Shown here piece by piece: positions 12,874 to 25,319 of a DNA stretch of 64,000 bases (positions within the stretch are counted from its first letter, which is position 1; the number at the start of each line of letters is the position of its first letter). The DNA lies in the NCBI GenBank assembly GCA_951804945.1, contig OX638150.1, positions 44,702,001-44,766,000 on the forward strand, in the 5' to 3' direction. The notes beneath the pieces were generated by a model that saw nothing but the letters and a program-made list of their open reading frames with translations, had not been told where the DNA came from and did not search any database. Origin of the DNA: Podarcis cretensis. Lineage: Eukaryota. Position numbers and translations under genes: made by a program.

Positions 12874-15800
12874 GTAAGTCGGAACATGGAAGAACAGTCT
12901 CAGATCTACCCTAAATGGCCTTTGGTGTGTCAAACTCGCGCCACCAAAATTCAGGGCTCTTCAAATAGTTACCACTTGGATCTACTCTCTAGAAATACAC
13001 AAATTTCCTAAGACAAGGTATAGTTTTCCCTTAGTGGTGTCTTTAAATTAGAAACCTCTTCTTATGAATTATTTGTTCAGGAGCATGCCTTTATTTGGCG
13101 GGATGGAGGACAGTGTTTGGCATTTTGATTGGCAACCTGTTTTGGGGGTTGTTGTTTTTTTTAATTTTGCACAGCCCTTGTAACAAACTTGGTCTAACCA
13201 GCCAAAGTTGAAACTTAACACACTGGAGTGGGATGGGCAGGACATATATAAATATTGCATTGTCCAGCCTCACCTCCTTTCACAACTGTAATTATGCAGT
13301 AGAACCCACTCTTTCTGGGTTCTGCTGGCTGCACGCTTCCTCCTCTCCGAGTTCAAATTGCACTTCTCAACCCCAGATCAGGGTGATTTGCTACTTTTGA
13401 AACCCTTGCTTAGTTTTGGGCACTTTGCTAGCCTGCTGACAACTAGAGAGGACCTCCTGTGAGCAGCAGATCTGGAGTGGCATCAATTCAACTCGCAGTT
13501 TGGGCAGTCACCTTATCACGCACACCACTCACTTATAGCAGAAGTGTGTGTGTATATATATGTGTGTGTGTGTGTATGTGTTACAACCACCCATTTATGT
13601 GAGTCAGCCTAGCTCTTTGCATTTATTATGTATGATACAGAAGTCCTCAGCTCCCAGCAGTTGTGTGATTCTAGCACTCTGGTGCAGTCTTTGCCAACCT
13701 AGTTGTCCCCATATGTTTGAGACCAGCTGGAGCTGATGGAAGTTGCAGACTCCAAATGTTTTGGAGACAACCGGGTTGACGAAGGCTGGTCTGATGTATA
13801 AAGTTGCCCCAGGATTTACTGTATGTCCTGTCCAATCATAACATTTTTAAAACAGCCCTCGCTTGCCCTTCAGAATGCATTTAGATTCTCCCCTTACAAG
13901 AGTGCAAGCAGGTGGCTCTCAGCAAATGTGCTGCCAACCCCCTTGGGAAATATGCATCCTTCTTAATCCTTCTCTCATTCTTATTCCCACCTCTAGCTTC
14001 GTCTTAAGTGAGACTCAGAAAAGGGACTTCGAAAAGGTGGTGATTTACTGTGACAACTATGCCAATCTCATCCCTGTCTCCTTTGTCCTGGGTGAGATGC
14101 TTGAACGCCAGCTCCTTTCCTAAAGGAGCAATGCTCTTTCCTTATCCATGTGCCCATCCCAACGTTGGCTTCCAGGGCACAACCTTCATCCATGCCTAGT
14201 CCAATTTACTGCTTGCCCTTTGTGTACTGCAAGGGTATCAGACTATAATACAGGCTCAGCAATAGATATGCTTCTGGTTTAGACTTGGGTGTGACTCCCC
14301 CTCCCCCCGCCCCAGTCTATCAAAGCAACAGTATGGTGATAATAGGGTATTATGGGCTTTAATTACTTCATCTGGAAACTGGGTAGAGTATGGGTGACTT
14401 GTGCATGTTATACTCAGCAGCTAACTTCCACAATTAGGCGTGGTGGAGCTCAGAGCTCTCTGAAAGCCAGGAAGAGCAGCCTGGGACACCCCATGTCCTT
14501 GATCCTGAACATATTGGCAATGAGAGAAAGGAACTCTGCACGTGCTCAGGGTAATGTCACGTGCACTGGCAGGAAGCAAACTCCCTTCTCTGAGCAATAG
14601 TCTTTATATGTAGCCAAAATGGCACCACCCATACACAGAAAAGGGGAGGTATCAAGCAGGCATGCTGAAGTATAGAAAGAAAGCCTCAGAGGAGGGGACA
14701 TCCCAAAATGGCCCAGTGAAGACTGAGCATGCCCGGTGGGTATTGAATGCTGAGGGGGATCTAAAAACAAGACAGTGGGCATGGAATGCTGTCTGCCTGT
14801 TGTGGGGTATTTTTTTGGGTGGGGATATAAGAAAATCAGTGGGGAGAATAGAATGGAGGGACTGGAAAGCTTAACAGAGGCATTCCATACTGCAATGTTT
14901 TGTGGCCTGTTTCTCTTGCACTTACTGTTTAATGTTGCCAGAACCGAGCTCTGTTTTTCATAATGTGTGGGCAGGGTGCATCCTCAGTCCTGGTTCAAGT
15001 GAAGCATTCCTGTTTTATCTCAGAGTGAGGCTGCCTGACTTAGCAGCATGCCGCGGGTAAGAATTCTAATGCAACCACTCTCCATCTTCTGGGTTCATTT
15101 AGGGTTCTATGTGACACTGGTGGTGAACCGCTGGTGGAGTCAGTACACCTGCATGCCTATGCCAGACCGCCTGATGTGTGCCATCTCTGGGAACGTGCAC
15201 GGCACTGACGAGAAGGGGCGCCTTTACCGGAGAACTCTCATGCGGTACTGCAGCCTTTCTGCTGTCTTGATTCTTCGCTCAGTCAGCATCGCTGTGTTCA
15301 AGCGTTTCCCCACCATAGACCATGTGGTGGAGGCAGGTGAGTGCAGAAGGGAGACCTTATTTCCCACTAAGCCAGTGGTTTTCAACCAGTGTGCCGTGGC
15401 ACCCTGGGGTGCCTTGAATGATGGTTGGGGTGCCACAGGCAACACTGGCCTCCCTCCCTCCTTCTTTCCTTCCCTCCCTCTTCTGATGCCCTCTTGCATT
15501 TCTGCCTCTCAAAGGCTTGCACAGCTGTTTATTGCAGAAGCCCTGGCTACAAGCTCCTCAGGTGAATGATGCCTCTGGGGCTGGCCAGGGGGTGCTCTCC
15601 AGGACCCTGTGGGGCAGTGGGAGGAGGCACCTCTCTTTGGGGCAGAGCGGGCAGCTCAGAGACCAGGGACGGCAGCAGCAGCTGCCCAGAGGACTCCCAA
15701 GGAGAGAGGGGAGAGGAGGCTGAGGGAACATTCCACATGGGAAGGTGTTTGAAAAAGGATGAGAGACTGCCAGCTCTCAAGCAAGGGGTGACATAACTAG

Positions 15801-18800
15801 GCTCCTGAGCCCCACAGGGGAGCCACAGAATGAATGTTGTTGGTCAAGGGACTCATGGACTCAAAAGGTTGAAAGCCTCTGCACTAAGCTTATAAAGCTT
15901 ATAAGGATGAGAGGACTGTGGGAAAGCCTGCAAGAGGTAGGTGTCCCCCTGCCCTTGCCCATTTGTTAGAATGAAATTAGGAAATTTTAAAGTTTTTTTT
16001 TAAAAGCAATGATAGGCATAACTTTTAATCTAGAATATGTTATTTCGGAATGCCACAATTATGTAAGCAGAGCATATTGCATTTAGTGTGAGTTTTACTA
16101 CATATCTTGTGTCCTCCTTCAAGGCTTCTTCAAATGCCTAAAGCCTTTCAGAGTGCAGTTCTTCAGTATAAGATTTCACTATGGACCTTCTAAATAGAGT
16201 ACTATTGGCTGCATAACCTCTGTTGCATCTAACAGGGTTCATGACTCGCGAGGAGCGCAAGAAATACGAGAACCTGAACACTTCCTACAACAGATACTGG
16301 GTCCCCTGTGTCTGGTTTACCAACTTAGCTGCACAGGCACGCAAAGAAGGCCGCATACGTGATAACTGTGCTCTCAAGTTACTCATGGAGGTGAGGTGGT
16401 AAATCCTTGTCCCCCAGACTATAGATGTAATAGTTATTCTTTGACACCTGAGATGTGTGTTTTCAGGGCCCACCCTATTCCTGTGATCATAATATGATTT
16501 AACTGTTTTTAATTTTAAGCTGTTCACCTGTGAGTCAAGGGTGGGTTATAAATTTGATGATGATAGGAGCACCTCCAGAACAAGATCCTTTAGTGCAAGG
16601 TTTCTTTTGTGACCCATGCTCCCTTTAGCTTACATAAAAATCTTACCCTTCCTGTCAAGCCTGGCTCCTCTAATTGTTTTATTAAAATTTACAAATGGAT
16701 TTCTATACTGGTGAGCTCAGTCACCTCAAAAATAAAAATTTTCCAAGAAGTGTTCAAGAGCAAACATTACCAGTTTTAGCTATCATGTTTCGCAACAGGC
16801 AAAATGGAGGCTTGCATTGTGTATGTGGCAATATTGAATCATTTTGTTCTAATGTTTAATACTAGGCTATTGTGCAAGAGCAATATTTACTTGAATTTAT
16901 AAAACTTATGCAAGATATAGTAGGTGTTGCATATGTGTTTGTATATATTTAAAAGAAGCTTGGTACGTGTACTGTGATTAGTCTCCGAGGTAATCCCTCA
17001 TATGTACTGGGTGGAGATCTTGAGAACAGCTACCGTTGCTGAATTTGGAATATGCCTTCATCATGTGGCAACTGGAAATAAGCACACACATGTCACTTCT
17101 GCTGCCAGGGGAAAAAAGGCTAGGTTGTGTTCAGTTAAGGAGCATATGGTTGTTGTGATAGAGGCCACCTATTGAAACAACATCACTCATGTGACAAACT
17201 ACGCCCCACCCCACCCCCAAAATTAATGAGTTTTCTCACCAGGGGTGATTGTGGATATATAATTGGTTGTTATTATTGCCTGAAAGGAAAATCCAGATTA
17301 AATAATAAAAAAGGATGGGCTTGCATTTTGATGATGGTGGACATCTTGTGGACCCAGTGAAAAACATATGTGCATGAGCAGTACCAATTGCATAATAAAC
17401 TCTCTTGTGACTGCAGCCTAAATTTCAGTTTATTGGCCTTCACTCAGCCCATTACCAATTCAAGACACCAGTTCAGCACTTTCACTGTTTCATGTGACTC
17501 AGGTGAAAATTAGACTAGAGTTGGGTGTCATCTGCATATTGATGACACCCCACCCATAATCTTCATATGACCTCTCCCAGTAGATACAGATGGTGAAATG
17601 CATGGTATACAAGGTGGAATTCTTGGGGACCTTACAACATAAATGCCATGGGGTCTCCCAGCATCACCTTCTGGAAGTGACCTTCCAAGTAGGAATGGAA
17701 CCACTGGGACATCATACTTCCAGTCCCCAACCCTGATAACCTATTCAGAAGGATACCACCATAGTCAATGGTATAAAAGGTCCAGGAGAAATTAGCAGGG
17801 TCGCATTCCTTCTGTGCTTCTCCCAGCATAGATCATCCATCAGGACAACCAAAGCTGTTTCTGAGCTGAAACCAGGTCTGAAGATGGACTGAAAAGTTCT
17901 AGTTAGGCAGAAGTTTCAGTGCTTAGCCCTTAGAGATGGCTGTTTTCTTCTTTCAGGAACTGAACCTTTTTCGTGGAAACTGCAGCATGCTCTACCACTA
18001 TGACTGGATCAGTGTACCACTAGTCTACACTCAGGTGAGTTAAGGACCCAAAGCAGTCAGAAAGCCCAACTACATCCATTTGGGCTCATATGATGAACCA
18101 CCCGCTTCCAAACGTTGATAGTTATTTCACCCAAAGGCATGCATAGAGTCAAAAGCACTGAAGCCACTGAACAAGCACATCATATATCAGGGAATTTTCA
18201 TCCCAGCTAAGCTTAACACAGCCCAACACGGCACGTCTAGCCCAGCGGTTAGCCCAGCCCCACCCCAGAAAATTCATCACACCATGGAGCAAGTCTTATA
18301 TGTAGAGCAGCAACGCACAGATCCTAATGTTATATGAGGACAGCTGAGGTTTACCTATTCTAAAGCACATTTTGAGGATCTCATGCTAGATTAATCCAGA
18401 GCAGCCTCTAGTTGTGTGCTTACAATCACTATTTCAAGGAATGTACTCAGGATCATTAAAACAAAAACAAAAACCCAGTTATCTGGCTTTGACACACACT
18501 AAATGCCTTTCTGGGTGGGACGCAGGTGGCGCTGTGGGTTAAAGCCTCAGCACCTAGGGCTTGCCGATCGAAAGGTCGGCGGTTCGAATCCCTGCGGCGG
18601 GGTGCGCTCCCGCTGCTCGGTCCCAGCGCCTGCCAACCTAGCAGTTCGAAAGCACCTCCGGGTGCAAGTAGATAAATAGGGACCGCTTACCAGCGGGAAG
18701 GTAAACGGCGTTTCCGTGTGCGGCTCTGGCTCGCCAGAGCAGCGATGTCACGCTGGCCACGTGACCCGGAAGTGTCTCCGGACAGCGCTGGCCCCTGGCC

Positions 18801-21680
18801 TCTTAAGTGAGATGGGCGCACAACCCCAGAATCTGTCAAGACTGGCCCGTACGGGCAGGGGTACCTTTACCTTTACCTTTAAATGCCTTTCTATAGTCAC
18901 ATTTAGGGTGATTAAAGAGGAATAACATGTTTCTTCTCCTTCAGTATGTTTATATGGGAAGTAGTGGTACTAATTCACACTAGTAAACTGAGTATGGTGT
19001 GAAGGATCTTAACTCATTCCTATCTATTCAAGAATGAAAAGCTGCTGAAAATTAGAAACTCTACCCTATTTAATACAAACATACTTTAGGACAAGGTTGA
19101 ACCTCTTATATTACTGCTGCTTAGCATCTCTGATTCCATGTACAGAGGATAAATTATTAGGGATTAAATCACAGATGAATTGTTTGGTCCTCAGTAAACA
19201 GCCCATAAGGTTGAACTAGGTCTAAAAACAGGGCTCCTAAATTCTGCAACTCACCCCCCTCCAGCCTCTCTACCTGCTTTTTCTTGCTCTGCTCTGACAG
19301 GTGGTTACCATTGCTGTGTACAGCTTCTTCGTTTCTTGTCTGATTGGGCGGCAGTTCCTTGACCCAGGCCAAGGCTACAAAGGACATGACCTGGATCTGT
19401 GGGTCCCTGTTTTTACCCTGCTGCAATTCTTCTTCTATGTTGGGTGGCTAAAGGTATGGCAGACAGGAGGTAGTTTAAGATGTGTAAGGACAGTCATTAT
19501 GGGGCACCTTCCTACAGATTAGAAAATGAATCAGGGGCAGAGGGTTCGTCCATGAATCAGCTGCTGGGTGATTTAACAAGTGTCTGGAAGGAAGGAAAAG
19601 GGAATGTTTAATACTGCACACCTTTGCCATGTCTGTTACCATATTGATGGCAACAAATAAGGAGGCTGGGCACATGTATGCCCCTCTTTTTACTGTGCCT
19701 CTAAATACCTTACAGGTGGCTGAGCAGCTCATCAACCCTTTTGGGGAGGACGATGATGACTTTGAAACCAACCTGCTGATTGACAGGAATTTCCAGGTAA
19801 CTCTGCCGTCCCCTTTTCTGCTGAATAAAGCAACACTTGTAAAACAAATCAAGGATGCTTCCAGACTTGGGCGACTTAGCAGCACCCGATTATTGCTTTT
19901 GTAGTTAACAGTGGGAATTGAATAGCAAATCAGCATTTAGACACCTAGTACGTGGGCATTCTGCCTTCCTCGTGGATTCAGATGTTGGAACAATATTTTT
20001 TATTATTGGTTAAACATTCCCTTGTCCTCAGTGAACTCCCAGTCATGTGAAGGATTACCTTCCTGTTGGAAATCTAAAACTAGGCCCTAAATGTCAGATT
20101 TCCATATTGGTGCTGAAGGAGACTCTTGAGAGTCTCATGGACTGCAAGAAGATCAAACCTATCCATTCTTAAGGAAATCAGCTTTGAGTGCTCACTGGAA
20201 GGACAGATCCTGAAGCTGAGGCTCCAATATTTTGGCCACCTCATAAGAAGAGATGACTCCCTGGAAAAGACCCTGATGTTGGGAAAGATGGAGGGTACAA
20301 GGAGAAGGGGACGACAGAGGACGAGATGGTTGGACAGTGTTCTCGAAGCTACCATCATGACTTTGACAAAACTGCGGGAGGCAGTGGAAGACAGGAGTGC
20401 CTGGCGTGCTCGAGTCCATGGGGTCATGAAGAGTCGGACACAACTAAACGACTAAACAAGCATGCATACACCTAGGCTAGTATTCACTTACTTTGGTGGT
20501 GACTCCTGAAGTCCTCCCTTCCTTTGCAGGTCTCCATGATGGCAGTGGACGAGATGTATGGGGACCTGCCTCTTCTGGAGAAGGATCGGTACTGGGATGC
20601 CTCCAACCCCCGAGCCCCGTATACCGCAGCCACCGTTTTCCTCTTGCAACAGCCATCGTTCCAGGGTTCCACTTTTGACATGACGTAAGCCAAACTTCTC
20701 ATTCTGTGGCAAGGAAAGGGAATGACGGTGGTCCTGGTTGAGTAGAGGGTTGGGGAGAGAAGGAGGGATTCCGTCGGTGGGAGCAGTTTTCAGTCTGTGA
20801 AACTGGAGCTTGCTTTCTCCTTTTGGCCATTCCTCCCTGCTCATTTGGGGTAGGGCAAGGGCTCTTCTTCCAGCACACATGGAGCCCCTGCTGGTTGCAC
20901 AAATTCAGATCCCCATTTATACTACGCCATAGATATCCCCTCTCATTCCAGAGCGCTAGTGTGGTGTCTGAGGGCAATAAGGAAGATCCCTGCACCAAAA
21001 AGCAAGCTCTTTTGCAACTTGTGGTGTGAAGCTACTCCCTTTAACTACTCCCCTCCTCGATTTCCAGCCTAGCCAAGGAAGACATGCAGTTCCAGCCCCT
21101 AGAGGACATTGCAGAGGGCTATGAACACAGCCGCCATGTCCCTGCACACCTCTTGAACCGCCTGCTATCCACAGCCCCTGCGCCTGGCGGCTTTGGACGT
21201 CGGCTGTCTCTGCTGAGGCGCAAGAACAGCTGTGTTTCCGAAGCATCCACTACCTACAGCTGCCTCTGTCAGGATACACAGACCACAGACTGTACCTGTG
21301 GGCCTCCTGGGCAGTCTGTGCCCATCAACAGCATTCACTTCAGCTCTGAGGGGGAGGGAGACCTTGGGCCTGATGCCACTGGCCTGGGCACGGAGACAAA
21401 CAAGGACTTCTCTGAGGATCCCGCCGGCGAGCCCAGTGGCCCAGCTCAGACCTCGCTAGGCCATGATAGTGCTGTGGCCAACCCCCAGGATCCAGTGCCC
21501 CTTGTGGACATGTCTGTCCCTGCAGCAACAGATACCGACTCGTCTCAGCCTCTCCTACACCACGGCTCTTCAGATGCCCCCTTCTTTCACAGCTCAAAGG
21601 AGGCCTCCAGCAAGGGTATTCCGCCAGCCAATTACCCCCACTGGCTGCAGAGCCCTATTGAGGAGGAGAATGTGGCATAA
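12722..21680 (+). CDS. BEST2: Bestrophin-2 (Ca2+-activated anion channel), complete spliced CDS, 571 aa
   Basis: join(12722..12873,13997..14091,15103..15336,16236..16390,17957..18034,19301..19453,19716..19796,20530..20684,21068..21680) = 1716 nt. All introns GT-AG and phase-consistent; exon sizes 152/95/234/155/78/153/81/155 match the vertebrate bestrophin layout. Motifs [35 protein letters not shown]; neck I76/F80/F84; BEST2-type K208/E212; tail [18 protein letters not shown]; adjacent to HOOK2 as in mammals. Confidence 0.97.
13997..14091 (+). CDS. BEST2: BEST2 coding exon 2
   Basis: ctctag|; [32 protein letters not shown]; |gtgag; 95 nt. Confidence 0.96.
15103..15336 (+). CDS. BEST2: BEST2 coding exon 3
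   Basis: tttag|; [14 protein letters not shown]...[12 protein letters not shown]; |gtgagt; 234 nt. Confidence 0.96.
15373..15881. mobile_element. Non-autonomous hAT transposon
   Basis: TIRs CAGTGGTTTTCAACC / GGTTGAAAGCCTCTG; perfect 8-bp TSD CACTAAGC (15365-15372, 15882-15889). Confidence 0.85.
16236..16390 (+). CDS. BEST2: BEST2 coding exon 4
   Basis: aacag|; [51 protein letters not shown]; |gtgagg; 155 nt. Confidence 0.96.
17440..17900 (-). mobile_element. Degraded L2-like LINE RT fragment
   Basis: tgtcatctgcatattgatgaca = minus-strand [10 protein letters not shown] motif; homologous to the 55.0-55.4 and 60.6-61.0 kb fragments. Confidence 0.7.
17957..18034 (+). CDS. BEST2: BEST2 coding exon 5
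   Basis: tttcag|; [26 protein letters not shown]; |gtgagt; 78 nt. Confidence 0.96.
18517..18879 (+). mobile_element. Full-length Sauria SINE
   Basis: gggacgcaggtggcgctgtgggtt head with GGTTCGAATCC B-box, (ACCTTT)n tail, 13-bp TSD TAAATGCCTTTCT. Confidence 0.93.
19301..19453 (+). CDS. BEST2: BEST2 coding exon 6
   Basis: gacag|; [22 protein letters not shown]...[13 protein letters not shown]; |gtatgg; 153 nt. Confidence 0.96.
19716..19796 (+). CDS. BEST2: BEST2 coding exon 7 (Ca2+ clasp)
   Basis: tacag|; [27 protein letters not shown]; |gtaact; 81 nt. Confidence 0.96.
20108..20459 (+). mobile_element. BovB (RTE-clade) LINE 3' fragment
   Basis: ORF ...[61 protein letters not shown], typical BovB ORF end and 3' tail. 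Confidence 0.92.
20530..20684 (+). CDS. BEST2: BEST2 coding exon 8
   Basis: ttgcag|; [51 protein letters not shown]; |gtaagc; 155 nt. Confidence 0.95.
21068..21680 (+). CDS. BEST2: BEST2 last coding exon
   Basis: tttccag|; [12 protein letters not shown]...[12 protein letters not shown]; in frame with ORF 21084..21680. Confidence 0.94.
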
Positions 21681-22177
21681 GCTATTACTTCAGCCTCCAC
21701 AGGGTTGAGTGGAGCCATTACGAAGGGTGGCCCATGGCACGGTTCAATCTTAGGCCTCAGGACAGGAAATCAGTGAAGACTGATAGTCCTTGCAGCTGCT
21801 AAAGGGAAATTTGAATTGGTGGCCCCTGCTAGACACCTGGTTTTTAATGACACATTGTAGTGTGGGGCCACTTCATAAGGAGTCAGGAGGATTCTGTTAA
21901 TCAGGCCTCTATTTCTGTGTCCACCCCCCCCCCACGTGTTCTTGACTTGGATCTGCAGCCCCTAACTGAACGTGCAGGGGCAATCATGGACACTGAGCTA
22001 CTCCTGAAGGTACTATTCTGTCCTATATTTACCCAAAGCTGCAGCTGGTTATTGCATCTCATTCCTTTCTGTAATCATCAGATGGTGAACATGAAAGGAG
22101 GTTATCACTTCTGCGCTTACTACCCAAATGCCTCAGTGTGGATCTATGTTTTAAAATTCATGCTTTTATAGTATTGT

Positions 22178-22183
22178 ATTAAA
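22178..22183 (+). terminator. Candidate BEST2 polyadenylation signal ATTAAA
   Basis: ATTAAA ~500 nt after the stop, followed by a GT/T-rich tract (tggtattttgtttagagtaatgttttgtgg); an alternative AATAAA lies at 23444-23449. Confidence 0.5.
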
Positions 22184-23496
22184 TGGTATTTTGTTTAGAG
22201 TAATGTTTTGTGGCCTGCCCTTTAAACCTCCAATGTATATGTCCAGTCATACCAAATACTATTAAGAGTTCTATAGGTCTAGAAGTGAATTCCAAGAGGC
22301 ACAAATTAACTTGCGTGGATCAGACCAATGTTCTATCTGGCTGATTATATGTATGTTTTGGTTTTACATGTGAACCCAGCATCCTTCCTCAGCCATGCTT
22401 TGTTCAGCCACTCCACCCAAAATACTCACCCAGCCAACAAATTGTACAAGGCAAGAGCAGATAGGAACTGTATTCCAATAGCTTCTGGAGACTAGATTGG
22501 GGAACCCCAGGCAACTATGACCATGCTGGTTAGGGCTCTAGTCACAGCCGTCACATCCTCCCTGAAGCCCATAAAAGGCAAGGGAACTTGACTGAGCAGC
22601 TACCTCTTTGCCACGACTTGCACACTTGGAGCAGCAGGGAGAAAAAGGGATAATGGGGAAAGGAAATTAAAACCTCCCTGAAATTTCCCCACCCACTGCG
22701 CAACTCAGCTGCTCAGAAGAGAGTTGCAGTGACAAACAGTGGTTCTCTGTGCACTAAAAAGGTACCTGCTCCCTTCAAATGAAGAGGGATGGAAACAGGT
22801 CTGTGGCCAGAGGGAGGGAGCTGGGTATATTTGCTCCAGGCCTCGGAGGGCTAGTCAGCGGGGAGGTCATGTCAGGGGCCTGCCAGACTTGCGCTGTCAT
22901 GCCAAGAATGCCCTAGGTCTCCCAGTCAACTGGGGAGAGCCTCAGACAAGCTGTACATGGGCCTGGAGGGCAATGTTGGGAGCTGACGATTCAGTCAAGA
23001 GATCAGTCTATCCATAGCATCAGATCCTTTGGATTCCTCTTAGTGCACAGAGAAAAAGGGCTCTTATGCCATGTATTGTTAGCCTACCTGATTCTGTGTT
23101 GTGTTAACTGGTACCTCAGTATACTAGGGAAGAAAGTTACTTGTAGTTCAAGCCTTCAGTATGTACTGCAGAGGATAGTGAGACTAAATTTAATGGTGGA
23201 TCACATTCTAAGAACCTTTAAACCATCTTTTATGGTAGTATTTAGCTAGGAGCTAGGAGCAACAGGAGACATTCCCCTTAAGGCTGGATGCTTGCTGTGA
23301 AGCCTGAGGGGACCTCGAACTCTAAAAACTCCATCAGCAACAGGGACAACCACACAACAATGTACAGAGGATGTGCTTCTTTAACAGATGCTCTATTGCT
23401 GCTCTTATGATTGCTTCCCAACTGAAAATGCTCCCTTTTGATAAATAAATCAACTGCCACTGTGCCAGCCTTTGTAGCAATCCTAAATGCAAAGGA

Positions 23497-23716
23497 CAGT
23501 GGTACCTCGGTTTAAGAACAGTCCTGTTTATGAATGATTCAGTTTACGAACTACGCAAAACTGGAAGTAGTGTCCTGGTTTGCGAACTTTACCTCTAAGA
23601 ACGGAATCCAAACGGTAGAAGGGCACCGGCAGCGGGAGGCCCCATTAGGGAAAGCATGCCTTGGTTTAAGAACTGACTTCTGGAACGGATTAAGTTTGTA
23701 AATCAAGGTACCACGT
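23497..23716. mobile_element. Tc1/mariner-type MITE
   Basis: Reverse-complement sibling of 2184-2424. Confidence 0.8.
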
Positions 23717-24052
23717 TACTCTTGACCATCAATAATTTTCTTTCAGTTTTAACTGCTATCAGCTCACCACCAGATTCTGAAGTAGGTCAAATCAACTAAG
23801 GACAATGACACCAAAATGTATCTTCTTCCAAGGCCCAATAGGGAACTGCAGTTGATTGGTCTACTAAACTTCCAAGAGAGTAAACTCCCATCTCAGAATT
23901 AATGGGAAGCCTGAACTACAGCTGGCCCATCACAAAGGTACTGCAAAGAACTACTAACAGCTACAGCTGGTCCTCCCAGAGGAAGGCTATTGCCCAACAG
24001 TAATAGTTGTTGCTACTAGAGGAATGAGGATACAGAAAAGATTTTATAACAT

Positions 24053-24058
24053 TTTATT
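24053..24058 (-). terminator. Candidate HOOK2 polyadenylation signal AATAAA
   Basis: tttatt on the + strand, ~1.1 kb past the HOOK2 stop, followed on the minus strand by a T-rich tract. Confidence 0.6.
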
Positions 24059-25148
24059 TGTAGTGTAAAGATTCTATAGACACATCCCATCCTCCCACAT
24101 TGCATGTCAGGCTTCTGTCCAATAGAAAAATAAAGAGGCAGAGATACAAGATAGCTTTACAAAATGTATAATTTACAGCATTAAAACTATGAACTTTACT
24201 TAAAAAAAAAAAAGAATCAAAATTTGGAGAACATATTTTTAAAAGGATACTGCATCTTGCAATGTCTCTGAATATGATACTAACAGGGAGGGGAGAAAAA
24301 GAGTAGCACTTTTCAAAAAAAAAAACCACCAGGCACTAAATATTGCCGTGAAGACAACACAGTTACAGATGTGCACACAAACTAGTTGGGCAGGACTGCA
24401 GGCTCTCTTCACCCCTAGGGTCTAAAGTCAATTTAGTGTTCATATGTTTTCAAATGGGGCTTTTTTGTACCAAGGCCCTGCCCCTTCTTAGAAGGGATTC
24501 TTAAGTCACTAAGAAAAGCTGTGCCATAATGTGCCTCAGGCAATGCAATCTGGCTCCTGAGGAATCAATGCTAGCTTTCTCAAGGAGTCAAACTCCAAAT
24601 GCAGGGCCACTATCAAAGCAGCCATCTCATCCTTATGCATTCATCACCACAAAAAATACCCAAGACTGAGGCCGATACCATAAGGGGAGATGTGAATGGC
24701 AGTAAAAATATTCCCTCCATATCCTCTGCAGATGACATCATTAGGTAAAGAACATTTTTAATTGGTGGGGAACAGGACTATACAGAAACTATGTACAAAA
24801 GCAGAATTTTAAGAGGAAAGGTGGGTAAGGAACATGGTTGAAGGATACCTCTCCATCACCCAGGGTACTGCCAGGCAACAGCTCCCAACTGCGGTGGAAG
24901 AGGGAACATGTAGGTCTGCAATGAATAGGGAAGATCCAACTCCTTGCTGCTCAAGATTCCTCATTTTTTTAAAAAACAAGCACTACAGTTGGGCATAGGA
25001 ATAATCTTTAGTATAAGAGAATGAATTTCAACAATAGGGATAAAACTGGGGTTTCCAGAGGAAGTACCACTGCATAACAGGTATTCCGATTTCACTCCCC
25101 CCGGGAAGTGAGCATTCTCTAGAAGATCCACAGGACAGCTTTTCCAGA

Positions 25149-25319
25149 TCAGGACAACTGAGGTTTGTCTGTACCAACGTATCGAAGCAGCAAGGGTTGA
25201 GCTCGGTTCAGGTGGCCCCGTCGAGTATTGGTGGCCAATCTTTGCTGGGCCAAGAAGGACTGGACTGGTGTAGAGGTGGATGACCGCTCCTCTGTAGCTC
25301 GCTGGTGCAGCGCCAGGCC
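25149..25319 (-). CDS. HOOK2: HOOK2 last coding exon
   Basis: GLALHQRATEERSSTSTPVQSFLAQQRLATNTRRGHLNRAQPLLLRYVGTDKPQLS*. Confidence 0.95.
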   Translation of the reverse strand, partial: GLALHQRATEERSSTSTPVQSFLAQQRLATNTRRGHLNRAQPLLLRYVGTDKPQLS

